Made by a program: the position numbers and the translations under genes | The notes under the pieces: model-generated | Database searches by the model: none | The model's input: the letters and a program-made list of their open reading frames with translations, nothing else | Told to the model about the DNA's origin: nothing | Assembly: GCA_965178125.1 (NCBI GenBank) | Contig: OZ237757.1 | Location: 124,001 to 188,000, forward strand | Length of the DNA: 64,000 nucleotides | Source: Bilabrum cf. latius | Lineage: Eukaryota | Direction: 5' to 3' | Part shown: positions 50,801 through 62,424 of the stretch, piece by piece | Layout: every line of letters starts with the position of its first letter | How positions within the stretch are numbered: the first letter of the stretch is position 1

Positions 50801-51450
50801 GCGAGATAGAGAGGTGGGTGCTTGCCCGACGTGCGCTGCTGGAAGGGATCGGAAGCGGGGAGGATTACACAGGTGGATTTGGGCTGCAGGCAGCGGCCTG
50901 GGACGGCCTCTCCCAGCTGGACGAGGTCGCGAGGGACGCGCCCGGCTCATTCTAGCTGGGCGGGTCTGTGGGGAAGGTTGGTTTGGGGCGGTCTCGCATG
51001 CCTCTTGCGCTGCTGTGGGCGGGCCACCCCGCGATTCGGCTGCGAGCCATGGCGGCCATGCGGCCGTGGGCCCCTCTGCTGGCAGCGCGCAAGAAGGTCA
51101 AGGCAGAGGCGGGTGCAGGCAATCCAATAGACAAGCAAAACTCTCCGCAGCAGCGGGATGGCCCCTCAAATGGGCAGGAAGCCATGAAAGGGAGCAAAGG
51201 GGCGGATGATGCGGAGGCAGACAGTGGTGGGGGCAGCCGGTAGCAACCAGAAGCGCATGACTCTGGTAGCACAGCGACCACCGTATCGCCGAGCCCGCCC
51301 GAGCTGCTGAAACGCAGCGTGGTTGAGATGTGCGGAGGCTCGCTCGTGGACGAGTGCCTGGTGATGGAATTCGGGGACATGTTCCCAACGGAGAATCGCC
51401 TGCACGCGCGGCTGGGGGCAGTGTCCTCTGCACTCGGCGGGTTCGAATAA
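44603..51450 (+). CDS. Large PZP (PHD-Zn knuckle-PHD) chromatin protein, BRPF/JADE/AF10-like; join(44603..45449,45590..51450)
   Basis: Motifs CEVC...ILICDGCDCAVHQRCYGV..VPDGDWLCHTC, CAAC...WVHVACAVW, CAVC...QCGDPWCQVQMHAMCA. Track ORFs join in frame across nine TAGs (44837, 45215, 45242, 46843, 48376, 49801, 49819, 50953, 51241) and one phase-1 intron. Ends at TAA. The 5' end is uncertain. Confidence 0.78.
44684..44812. repeat. Coding minisatellite: ACCACWTCCGGTAGCAGC units (TTSGSS) followed by (AGC)n poly-Ser
   Basis: Seen directly: five TTSGSS-type units plus AGC runs. Confidence 0.85.
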
Positions 51451-51557
51451 ACCTGGGTCCTGTAACAGACAAGGTCTCATAGCTTGGTCTTGGATTCCAT
51501 CGCCTGTTGGCTCCACCCGTGGATCCATACTGACAGCCTCTGATACGAAGGTTACTG

Positions 51558-53666
51558 TCACTCCAACAAAGCGACACACTCTACGTGACCCCCTCGCCTT
51601 GCCGCCTCTAGGGCCGTCACGAGCGGCCGGGAGGCGGTTTGTTCTTCATTATCACCCTCACAGCCGCCGAGTGGTCGAGTCATCGTCAATGCACCAGCCA
51701 GCTTGCCCAGTCTCAGCCTCTTGGCCAACTCCAGCGGCCTGCCCTCGCTCGCTGCCTGAAATACGAGCTCCGAGTCTCTTAAGGCCTCATACCCATGGCG
51801 CCACTGCACCAGCACCTTCGCCCGCTCCTTCGCCTCCCGGGCCAGCAGCGTGTTGCACCGCCGGACGATGCCTCGCCGCAGCGCAAGCACCTGTGCAGAC
51901 CTGACCTGCCATGGCTCTGCAGCCCCGCATCCAGTTGCGGCCGTGGGTTGGGGCTCATCAGCCTCACAGGCAGCAGTGCCAGAGGTGGCTTGCTCCACAA
52001 ATCGAAGCGCTTGCAGCAGGCCCGATCGTCTCACGCTCGCCATGTCCATCCCTCTGTCCTCGACTGCACCGCGCATGTAGATACCGGCCGGGTCATCATC
52101 ATCATCACCTGCAGGTACCGGCGCCGTGACTTCGACCACCTTTTGCACAACTATAAGAGCATCTCCTAGAGCGCTAATAACACATGTGGCATGCCTGTCC
52201 GGCTGTCCGTCACTGCTTGCTTTCGTTGCTACGAGCGGAGCCATCCCTTGTCTTGTGATGCATTCAGTGGCCCGGGCTAGTGCGCTGGTGGCGTAGGCGA
52301 GGACATCCGCCGAGTCCAGAAGCTCTCGCTGCGTCCACAACGCAAGCATGCAGGCAGCCCGCCGGCAATACAGCGATACCGATTTGGGGTCGTCGCAGCT
52401 AGGCTTGTCTCCCGTCGCTGGAGTTCCCCTGCCTCGCTCGACCCCTGCCTCCATAAGCCAGCCCCTGGCTCGCTCGCATCTGTCCGAGGGGTGCATGCCC
52501 ACCGATGCCTCGTCACTGGTGAGATCTTCGATGTCCGTTCGCCGCGCGAGATGCTTTGCGAACGGGCGCCTGTCAGACACGCTCAGGGGGTGCTCCCAGC
52601 CCAGCCACTCCATTGCCGCCGTGGCCATTTCGGACTGTGAACTCCGGTGCTTGACTACGCAGAGCGCTGGGCTATCTTGTATCGCGCCAATGATCGAGCG
52701 GATCATGGGTTCTGTCAGTCTACTGTAGTCCAGTACGATTTCTTGGAGCGACAGACCGGTTCGTATCAGGTCGCACAGCCTAGGCACAGACCCAGGGCTG
52801 GACCCAAGCGCCTGCAGCTGCACGTGCTCCACTGCACTGCACTGCAGCGCATCGACAAGGCGCCCGTACCTGACCATGCCACCCGCGTGCCTTGTATTGT
52901 TCACAAGATCCGAAACGTCCAGCCAGCGCAACGACCTGTTCGCGGCCAGGCCCTGCGCCAGGCCGTGCAGCCCCTCCTCCCCAATCGAGGGCTATCCCCG
53001 AGTGTACCAGTGGCCTTGCCGCAATAACAGGCGCTGCAGCGTGCAGTTGGTCTGCAGTGATCTACCAACCGCAGCGAAACCCTCGTCCCCGGGTGCGTTC
53101 ATGGCCAGGTCCAGATGCTCCATGGCGGGGTCGGCGGCCAGCATGGCGGCGAGGGCCTGGAAGCCCTCGGGTCCGATCTTACAATGCTTCAGCCAGAGAT
53201 TAGTGACTGTCCCATGCTTGACTGAAGAGTCGGTACCGTGAGCGGGCGGTGTGAGGGCTCGCGCGATGAGGGCGGCTCCCGCACTGCCGATGGAGTTCCC
53301 CGTCAGGTCGAGTGTGAGCAGCCGGCCGCCCCTCGAGAGCTGCTCGGCGATGATGGCTGCGCCCTCCTCCCGTACGTTGCACTGATAAAGTGTAAGCTTA
53401 GATAGGTGATGGCAAGTTGCGAGGGATGCAATACCGCGCAGTCCGTCGAGATCGACTGTGCAAATCCTGAGCATCAAGTGCTCAGCTGAGCTGTAAACGC
53501 GAACAGCCGATGCAACGGATTCAGCAGACCCCACCGGGAACAAGGATGCGACAAACTACAATGCCTGTACCTTCAAACCAGCTTGGATAGCGTGAGCAAC
53601 TGTTGCAGGGCACTGGTCCTCAGCAGATCCGAGTACCAAGCGCTTGAGAACGACTGGTGCTGCCAT
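51558..53666 (-). CDS. RNI-like leucine-rich repeat protein
   Basis: Repeats LTLDLTGNSIGSAGAALIARAL, LWLKHCKIGPEG, LDLAMNAPGDEG, LAANRSLRWLDVS. Joined in frame across TAGs at 53556 and 52992. Ends at TGA. Confidence 0.8.
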
Positions 53667-54070
53667 TAGGCTCTAGAGCACCGCACCAAGCCCATCAGAG
53701 GCGAGCCGCTCGCAATCAGCGTGAACATACTGTCCCTGATTGCGAGAAATGTCAGCTACGAGCTTGTGCATCTGCGTGTGCATGGGAATTCAAGCCAAAA
53801 ACTGGGGTAGCATCCTCACGCAGAGTTGGTTCCAAATACATGGCGACGGGCTTAATCTGACTTCGTCGAGGTGATACGACCTTTCGTATGTAGATACTGC
53901 CATTACAAGCTGTCGCAGGAAAATGGAGACCTAGGGGTGGATAAATGTTAGCTTTGGCTGCACTTCGAATCGGAATAACAACAACAATAGAATTGACCCG
54001 GTGCATTGGCACTGTTCGAAAGATTGAAATGGAAAGATCAACTTCCCTTTGCTGTTAACCTCCACTGGCA

Positions 54071-55765
54071 ATGTCTGTAGCACCAAGTCTGGTGGTCAAA
54101 ATACAGAATTCGAACAGCAGAACTGAGTGGACTTGGAGAGATGCCGATACACATACAAAGACTAAACGCACCGAGAGTACCGATACAGCGACATCCGCAA
54201 TAGTTGCGGAGCGGATGGACACGGCTGCTCGGCAAGACGGGGATATGATCGGCACGCTAAGATGGCCGGCAGGTCACCGGTGGCGGCCGCTGCCTTCGAA
54301 CGCCCTCACTTTCAACCTGGAGCGTCCCGAGGCTATGTTAGCAGCCACCATGAAGGGCTGGGGTATTTGGCTCAGAGCAGTGTTCGGGCAGCCGTGCCAG
54401 CCGTGGCTGGGCAGCCCCTCCGAAGCAGCTCGCTCGCTCCCCGCCGGCGTACGGCCGGTCCATCCTTCCCTCCTCGACGCTGCATCCTTCCCGCTGAGCA
54501 CATGTAGAGGCCTTCTGCTGCAGAAATTCCCACCATTGCCCGCTGAGGATCGCGATGCTTCGGGCGGAGCGAGCACGAGCAGCGACATTGTCCTGCTGCT
54601 GGCGGGGGCCTCGAGGCGAGCAGAGCAGCGGGTGCTGGAGGAGACGGAGCTCTACGGGGCCCTCGTCATGCCCGCGCTGGCTGCTTGGCAGCAGGTGCAG
54701 CGCACTAAGGCGGGTGGGAAGGGTTCTACTGCAGCTGCGTGCTCCCGTCGACTGCGGCTCATCCTGCTGGGCCCCGAGGTGAGTCCCAGTCCAGGTCCCT
54801 GTCATGCAGACGACTCGGATGGACTCGGAGCCGCAATGGATAGCGCTCGGAAAGGGGCCGGAGGGGGCAGTCGAAGGAAGAGAGGAAACAGAAAGTCGAA
54901 GACGAAGGGCAGGGGCAAAGGCTCTGGTGTGAGGGGTGCCGGTACTAGTGCAGGGGCTAGTGCTGCTGTTGGCTCCATTGCCGGCGATGCGCTTTGTGAG
55001 CCCGAGGATGCAGCAGCACCGTGGATGCCCACTCCGGGCTGGGAGAGGTGTGACGAGTGGATGCACCAGGCAGGGGAGGCGAAGCCGGCGAAGAGCAAGT
55101 CACCGCTTTCCTCGGCATCCCCCCGGGTCCAGCACGTGCTGCTACGAGGCACCCCCGAGGGGTTCTTCAGCCCCCGCGTTGGGGACACCGCTGACTCCCC
55201 ATCGCTAGCCGCAGCACGATCGGCATGGGCACGCGCCAAAGGCAATGGGCTCGCCGCCGCCGTTGTGTGCAACGGCGGCTTCGGCAACACCAACCGCGCC
55301 CTCACTGTATCATGGGCCTATTCCCTGCGCGCGCTCCTGGGAGAAGACGTCCCTCTCGTCTTCACGTGCGCCAACGCGGTGGATCGGGCGGGGGAGGCGG
55401 GCGTGATGAGTGCAATGGGAGCACGTGTGACGAGTGAGATGTCCAAGAACCCATTCCACGGCTGCTCCACGTTCGTGCCTGATGCTTCCGGTGCAGGGAA
55501 AGGAAAAGGAGCTGGCGGTTCGGATCCTCTCGAGCAGATGCAGTCGTCGTGTGCCAATGAGAGCACATACGGTGTGTAGGGGTACCAGAGCGGGCCTTCT
55601 GGCGAGGGGTTGGGTGTTCAAAAGAGCGCGGTGGTGTCACCAAAGACGAGACCGAGTGGGCCGCGAGGTGCAGTTGATGCGGTGGCGGCAGCGCATGCCG
55701 TCCTGCGTCGAAGAGTAGCAATGGAGGGTGCCATGGGTATCATCAGGGGTGGTAGCGGGAGCTGA
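54071..55765 (+). CDS. Hypothetical protein resembling the MSS51/ZMYND15 C-terminal domain
   Basis: LRLILLGPEV...CNGGFG...SW...LL..DVPLVFTCAN...KNPF resembles the recalled MSS51_C motif order. Extends through TAG 55577 to TGA 55763-55765. Start is uncertain. Confidence 0.55.
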
Positions 55766-56013
55766 GTGCCGTGTGTGGGTGCTGGTGAGGCAGGAAAGTT
55801 GACTTGCACGATGTTTGCGTGGCAATGCGTGCAACTCGCGCTAAGTTCACCCAACAATATAGGATCCGATTAAAGCGTTGCACCGGTGGGGTCATCAGGA
55901 ATCCCCTTGTTCCTGCTGCTTTTCGTTGCCGCTAGCGAGCCAACATCGGCAAAAAGTTGTTTCTATTCATCATAACTTCAGAGGGTTTCGTGTAAGAGGA
56001 CGTTCAAGAGTAC

Positions 56014-59000
56014 ATGTCGCAGGGTGCCACTGAAAACGAAGGGAGGTAAGGTTCACGACAGCTGAGAGCGCAGCCTTGCTACAAAAAAGCGAAGCGATTT
56101 CGCTTTAGTCACGTGTGTACAATCCAAATGTGCTGGTTCAGCACGATGCAAGCAAGAAGCTGCTTTTTTCGCTTGAATCTATTCGTTCTCGCGCCTCGCA
56201 GTGTTGGCGTTGGCGCTGCAGCCGTCAAGGCTGATGCTGTAGTGCCAGCTGAACCAGAAAGCTCCACCGAATAGAAAGACGAGGATAGACGAGTACTGTG
56301 CTGCGCAGGCAACGTATGCTGCGCGACGTCCGCCTCGGTGGCATTTGTAGCTGTTGCCGTTGCAGCGTTCGCTTCGATTGCGATGACCGGCGACAGCGGA
56401 ACGGACGATGGCAGCGACTCATTCCGTTCTCTGCCAGGTTCATCTGGTGGCGCCGGATTAGATGGGGTGCGCAACGTCTCAGCAGCCTTTGGTGGCGACT
56501 GCGGTTCCGGCGTGTCTCGGTCACTCGCTGACGCAGCCATGGACGAGCAGTACGAGGGCTTCACGATCGCGTCGTTCGGGTTCAACGCAACGGGAATGAA
56601 CGCCACGTCCAGGTGCAATATGACAGACGCCATATCACGGAGCGCCAGGTCACGGCTGCCGCTCCCCACCGGTCCCACCGCAGAGACGTCGGGCGAGCGG
56701 GATGTGTTCGTCAGTCTGCTGGACGCGGAAGGGGCCCCTGGCACTGGCGGCCCCTTGCTCTACACGCCCATGGTGGCAACCATGGCCGTGATGGTCTCGA
56801 GCGAGAGCGACGCGGTGGTTGTGGTGGAGAGCCTGGCATCGCAGTCGGCCGGCTCGCAGCTGGTGCTGGGGCCTATCAGCCGATTGGGGGTCCGATCACT
56901 CGGCAACGCCAGCGCGGTGCCCCCTCCAGCCGTGATCACGGAAGCCATCCGGGCGGCTAGCAGCGAGGGAGGCAGTCAGAACCCACCACTGGGTGGGGAC
57001 AGTGAGTCGAATGCACCAGGGATTGGCCCTGTGCTGCTAGACTTGTCCCCACTCAGGAGGCAGCAGGCCAGCGCGGCTGCTGCTGGGACTCCGCTGCCCT
57101 CCGCTTCCAGCACGCCCACTCCATCGACCACAAGCACCAGCAGCGCAACACCAACGGCCAGTACTACCAGCACCAGCAGCGCAACACCCACAGCTAGTAC
57201 CACAAGCACCAGCAGCGCAACACCCACAGCTAGTACCACCAGCACCAGCAGCGCAACACCCACAGCTAGTACCACAAGCACCAGCAGCGCAACACCGACT
57301 CCATCGATCACAAGCACCAGCAGCGCAACACCCACAGCTAGTACCACAAGCACCAGCAGCGCAACACCGACTCCATCGATCACAAGCACCAGCAGCGCAA
57401 CACCCACAGCTAGTACCACCAGCACCAGCAGCGCAACACCCACAGCTAGTACCACCAGCACCAGCAGCGCAACACCGACTCCATCGATCACAAGCACCAG
57501 CAGCGCAACACCCACAGCTAGTACCACCAGCACCAGCAGCGCAACACCCACAGCTAGTACCACCAGCACCAGCAGCGCAACACCGACTCCATCGATCACA
57601 AGCACCAGCAGCGCAACACCCACAGCTAGTACCACAAGCACCAGCAGCGCAACACCATCCCCATCGACCACCAGTAGCTCAACGCCGTCAAATAGCCCCA
57701 GCCCCAGCATCAGCCCGTCTCCCGTGAGTTGGCATACGAGCCACGTACGGTCACCTGGTACATTGTGCACACGAACCTATGTCAGGCTCTGTTTCTATCC
57801 AAATTGCATCTAGGCAACGTTGATTGTTTTACTCCTTAGGTTTCTCTTGCAGTCAGTCTCCCCGTCAGGTACCCCTTCACCTTCGGCGACCCCCTAGTCG
57901 TGGGGCTATCTAGAGCACACGCCAAGCCCGGGCCGGTTCATCCCGTACGAGTTCACGCCCATGGGAGACGAGATGTTCTTCCGGGCGACCGACATCGATT
58001 CCAACACCGAGACGGGTCTGTACTCGTGGGACGAATCGAATGGCATCCAGCTGCGGGTGGATGTTGCCACGGGGGGTAACATTCCTCAGTATTTTACTCC
58101 CTGGGGTCAGGACAGGCTGGTCTACTGGTCTACCGTGCAGGAGGCTGGGCAGTCGGTGATGCGAATTGTGGTGTACAACATGACAAGCGACACAGTGTAC
58201 GTCGTGCCAGGCACCAACGGCATCGGCGAGGACATGTCGGCAGCCGGCACAGACCTGCTGCTGGACGAGGCAGGCGGGCGCGTGCTCTTCTTCGGCAAGC
58301 CCGAGGGATACACGGAAGTAGGGGCAGTTCATCGTTGGTACTTCGGTGCGTATTTCCTGTACTCGAACATGACAGTGTCGCGGGTGTTCGACATGAGCCC
58401 TTACATGAACTCTGGTGGCTGGAGCAGGCGAGAGGGCTTCATGGCCATGTTCCAGGGGGACTGCTACGTGGCGCTGTCGGGGGCCACGCAGTCCGTGGTG
58501 AGGGTCAAGGCCGGCACTCACGATGTCGACGTGATATACGACTCGGGGAGGACCTAGAGCAACCTGATCATGTTCCGTCCATTGTTCGAGTTCAACAGCA
58601 AGCTTTACATGGTTGACTGGAGCAACACAGACTACAAGGTCCACACGTACACCGGGAGCGGGACACCGACGCAGGTGACTTCCGGTGGCGCCGCTGACAT
58701 CCTGCGAACCATATCCAAGCCTACCGTGCACGACGGCAAGGTGTACTGCATGGGTTTCGATGGATCCACCTGGAACTTATACACATATGACGGTGCCACG
58801 ACGGTGACGGCCGTGTCGGGGTCAAGCAACGTGGATGGAAACTACAGGCAGCCCCGATTCCCCATCATGGATGGCGAGCTGTACTTTCCCAAGAGGCCTG
58901 CTTCCTTTGAGATGTGGCGGGTGAGTGCGTCCACCGGGAACGCCGAGCTTGTGCTGGACACGACAGGCACGGGCGGGAACTGGTTCGGCCTCGAATGGAT

Positions 59001-59082
59001 GATGCCGTTCAAGGGATACATCTGGCACATCACGTCGGTGTCGTCGACCGAGGCGATGGCGTGGTGGTACAAGCTTGACTGA
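56014..59082 (+). CDS. Predicted type II membrane surface protein: TM helix, Ser/Thr mucin-like stalk, C-terminal beta-propeller-like domain; join(56014..56045,56202..57723,57853..59082)
   Basis: Hydrophobic VAFVAVAVAAFASIAM, then a 12-aa S/T repeat, then repeated beta-rich blades (GDEMFFRA, NSKLYMV, DGKVYCMG, DGELYF). Two phase-compatible introns. TAGs at 56272, 57895, 58555. Ends at TGA. Confidence 0.72.
57121..57660. repeat. 36-bp coding tandem repeat, 15 copies, encoding (A/P)S(T/I)TSTSSATPT
   Basis: Seen directly: 15 TSSATP units spanning 540 bp. Confidence 0.95.
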
Positions 59083-59253
59083 GGGCTGCTGGCTGAACCC
59101 CTCCCTTCGAGCGATGAATTGACTTCCTGTGAGACCGTAGTTATCTGTTGAAGAATGTACTTGTGCACCCAGATGGACTCGGAGTGCCCCCATTACCCCA
59201 TCATCGTTCTACGCCGCCGTAGCATAGACGGATAGGCCTACGGACTGCAACTA

Positions 59254-61318
59254 TCATGTGTACGGGAGATCGTCGAGCGCAAGCTTTGCGTCCGCAGACA
59301 CCCGTAGCCAGTGCAGTTTAGTCACTCCCTTGCCACTGACCCGCGGGTAAAACGGCCCCGCCTCAGCCGCCGGGGGCATGTTCGTATCCAGCACGAGCTC
59401 CTTGCCCTGAATCACCGCCAGCAGCCGGGATTTTGTGCATCCGTTGCCCAGCTCCAGCCGAAACCGGACAATTTCGCCGCGCCCCACGATAGGGATTTCC
59501 CCCGCGATCGAAACACTGCTATGGGATCCAGTAAAAAGCCGACTACACCCGTACTCAATCATTATTTTGTTCCCTTCATAGGGCCCCGTTCCCATTTGCT
59601 CACGAGTGCCCCACGCCACACCGATCTTCGCGCTATCTGCCCAAGTGGACACCTCAAACTCCATCGTGCCACTGCGGAGTCCGACTCGGAAGTGCGTATC
59701 GAAATAGTAAGGATGCTTCACAAATCCGTTGGAGTCCAGAGTCTCGGAATGCTCGACAGTGACCCACCGCATGCCCGGACCAGACACACCGCATGAGAGA
59801 CTTCTGCAGCCTGGGGGGCTCAAGTGCTACTCTCTGTCAAGCACCAGCCCATCAGGCCAATCACCGCGCGGCTGTAAGTCCGGGACTGCCCTGTGGATGG
59901 CCGCCATTGCTTTTCTGGCTCTCTGACGGGTAATGGGATCGAGAAGGCCCTGCCAGGTGTACTCCAGCGCCCGAACCGCCACGAGTCGGCGGCGACATGC
60001 AGCACTGTCCTCGTCTGCAGGGTCTAGCCAGGCCAGCCGCCTGCGGGTAGTGGCATCCATGGCATCGTCGCACACCTTCTTGGCCGCGCGCGAGTATGGA
60101 CTCAGCCATGGCGCAATCAGTCCTACTAAAAACCGCATGTCTGCCTCGTATGCCGCCGTGACGCTCGCCTGCAGGTCTGCATCAACGTCAATGCTGCTCT
60201 GCACAGCTTCACCGTCGACGACCCCAGCGGCCTCAAGCTCGTCGCGAATCCCCTGGGCCACCTCAACCGGAATCCGCACAATACGGCAAGCACCGCCGCG
60301 AGGCGCACTTGCCGCGTCACTTGCTGCCATTTCTGCTGCTGCGGCTGTGCTTGCCCCGCCAGTCTCCATTTCTGTTGCCCGTGCAGTTGTCGTGCGGTCT
60401 TCCTTCGACCTGGCTGCGACAGCCTCAGTGCCAGGTACGGCAGCCTGCCCATGCGTTCCGCGTAGTAGTCCAGCAGCTGTGCTGGTCCGCTATATCCCCC
60501 TACGAATTACCCCCGCGACGATGCGGTGCCTTCGTTTGAGCTGCTCGGGCTCGTCAGGGTCCAGCTCCAGCAGCAGAGCGAACTCATCGTCCTCAATGAA
60601 CCTCAGCCCGGTCATCGCCTCCAGCCCCGGATCTCCCACACCTCCCGACGCTAGCACGCTGGGTCATTGCCTTCAGTTCGGCATGGTAGGCTTCTTGAAT
60701 CCCTGATGAGAGTCGGCCAAGGCGGCTCTTGCGCTCGACCACCTGCCTCAGCCCCGCCTTGAGCTTCGTGAGTGATTCTTCCACCAGAGGAATGTCGAAT
60801 GCGCCAATACTCACTAGTAGCCTCCGAACCACATCAATTTGCATCCTCAGGCTTTCGCGAAGGCCTTCTGGTACCCCGTATAGGCGCCGATGCCTAGGCT
60901 TGGACGGGTTCGCGATCGTGAGGATCGTTCGGCACAGCTCTCTCGTATGCGCAATGCACCTGCTCTCGGCCTCCAACAGAGACGGAAGGGCAGCGGCACC
61001 AGTAGCAAGGCTATCGCTTTTATCATCCGTGTCAGCACCTGCCCCGCTCGCAGATGAGGGAGACTAAGAAGGGATGCCGCCGCTGGCTGCAGCAGCCGGA
61101 GAATCTCCTGCATCCCCGATAGCTCCAGCGAACTCCTCATGCCCTGTCTACCTCCCGCTGTCGTTCATCTCGATCTATTTCGCAAGGCGGTCAAATTCTT
61201 GGATCTCCTCCTGGGTGCAAGCGTCCTCATCATTGCAATCACAATACGTGTCTGAGTCGACGCCTCCGTCTGGATGGAGTCCCTCCGATCCCCCACGTTT
61301 CTTAACGGCAATAGCCAT
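59254..61318 (-). CDS. Hypothetical protein with a C-terminal SPRY/B30.2-like domain; unresolved frame change near 60600-60670
   Basis: Frame A is open 61318-60596 (TAGs 61175, 61148, 61064). Frame B is open from about 60670 to 59254 (TAGs 60490, 59827). The C-terminus has SGTMEFEV...IGVA...GEIVRFRLEL...FYPRVS. Ends at TGA. Confidence 0.5.
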
Positions 61319-62424
61319 CTCACCCTTGTTCTCAAGCTCAGATTTTGTTGAGTTGCCTTAGATGCCGGCAGTTCGAGCGGGTGGGTCCTCGGGCGCTCCA
61401 TGGTAGGCTACGCTGCTCATCGGCGAATCTTGGTGCCACTGTGTGGGGCGCCAAAAGGTCAAATGGGAGGCATTACTCGTAATAGGATTTTTAAAATGTG
61501 TAAAGTGTCTTAAATATAGTACTGGCGCCAATTGAAGGCCCAATTCATTGCTCGGGGTTGCTGATGGAACCGTAGTCTTATTCCGGGATCGGCGAAGCAA
61601 CTACCGCACACAGTGCAGCTCAGTATTTGGGCCGATATTTTAATAATTTGGTGGGGTCTTCTACTCACAACTTTCCACTAGGGAGCCTTTTTGCAGAAGG
61701 CTGTGAACAATTGCCAATTTATTTCGGATTTGCCAGGGTACGAGGAATTGCACGCTACAAAACTGATGCGGAGTGGCAGAGAATGTCTCGTTCCACAAGA
61801 AATAATGGGGCACAATCGGTCTAATTATAGTTAACAAATGAAGCAAAGCTCCACAGGCCGACTGTTCTCTCCCTCAAGAGACAGTCTCGACAAGAGACTA
61901 GCGTAGCAAGTTGATCCATTGCGACTGGTGCCGCGGCCGCGCATATGCCAGCAGCAACGGAGCATTAAATGGAGCGCCCGATCACGGTCGCAAATCAGCA
62001 TCGAACACATCCGTGTTAGAGGAATCGTAAAAGCCAGGCTTTAAAAAATCGGCACCGCCCGACCCACGCCCTCCTGACCCCCCTTCCGTTGTCCAGCTTC
62101 CGAATGAGTCAGGTGATGTACGCCCTCCGCGATGGACCGAGCCCACGCACGCCATAACGTACTCATACCCCACAGGCCCGCCCGACTCCGACTCCTCGCA
62201 CATTTGCTCGCCCAATCATGTACACTCGTCACACTGCATACTCACCAAATTTTAACCCAAGCCAAATCTCTCAAGGTTCAGCTTTTCACGGCCATAAAAC
62301 CCCCCAAGAACTGTGTTGGGCCATAATGAGAGCTCGCAATAAACCGTAGTATAGCATTAGGCTCATAAATCATGGTAGACAGAGACAACGCTAGTAGAGC
62401 ACGAGCGGGAAGCGCACCTTCTTG

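Noticed and set aside
57121-57660. 36-bp repeat as a CRISPR array
   Set aside because: The units are directly adjacent with no unique spacers, lie in frame in a eukaryotic CDS, and there are no cas genes.
61850-62330. Short ORFs and a small inverted repeat (AGTCTC-N5-GAGACT near 61885)
   Set aside because: Too short to distinguish from chance, and no family similarity recognised.
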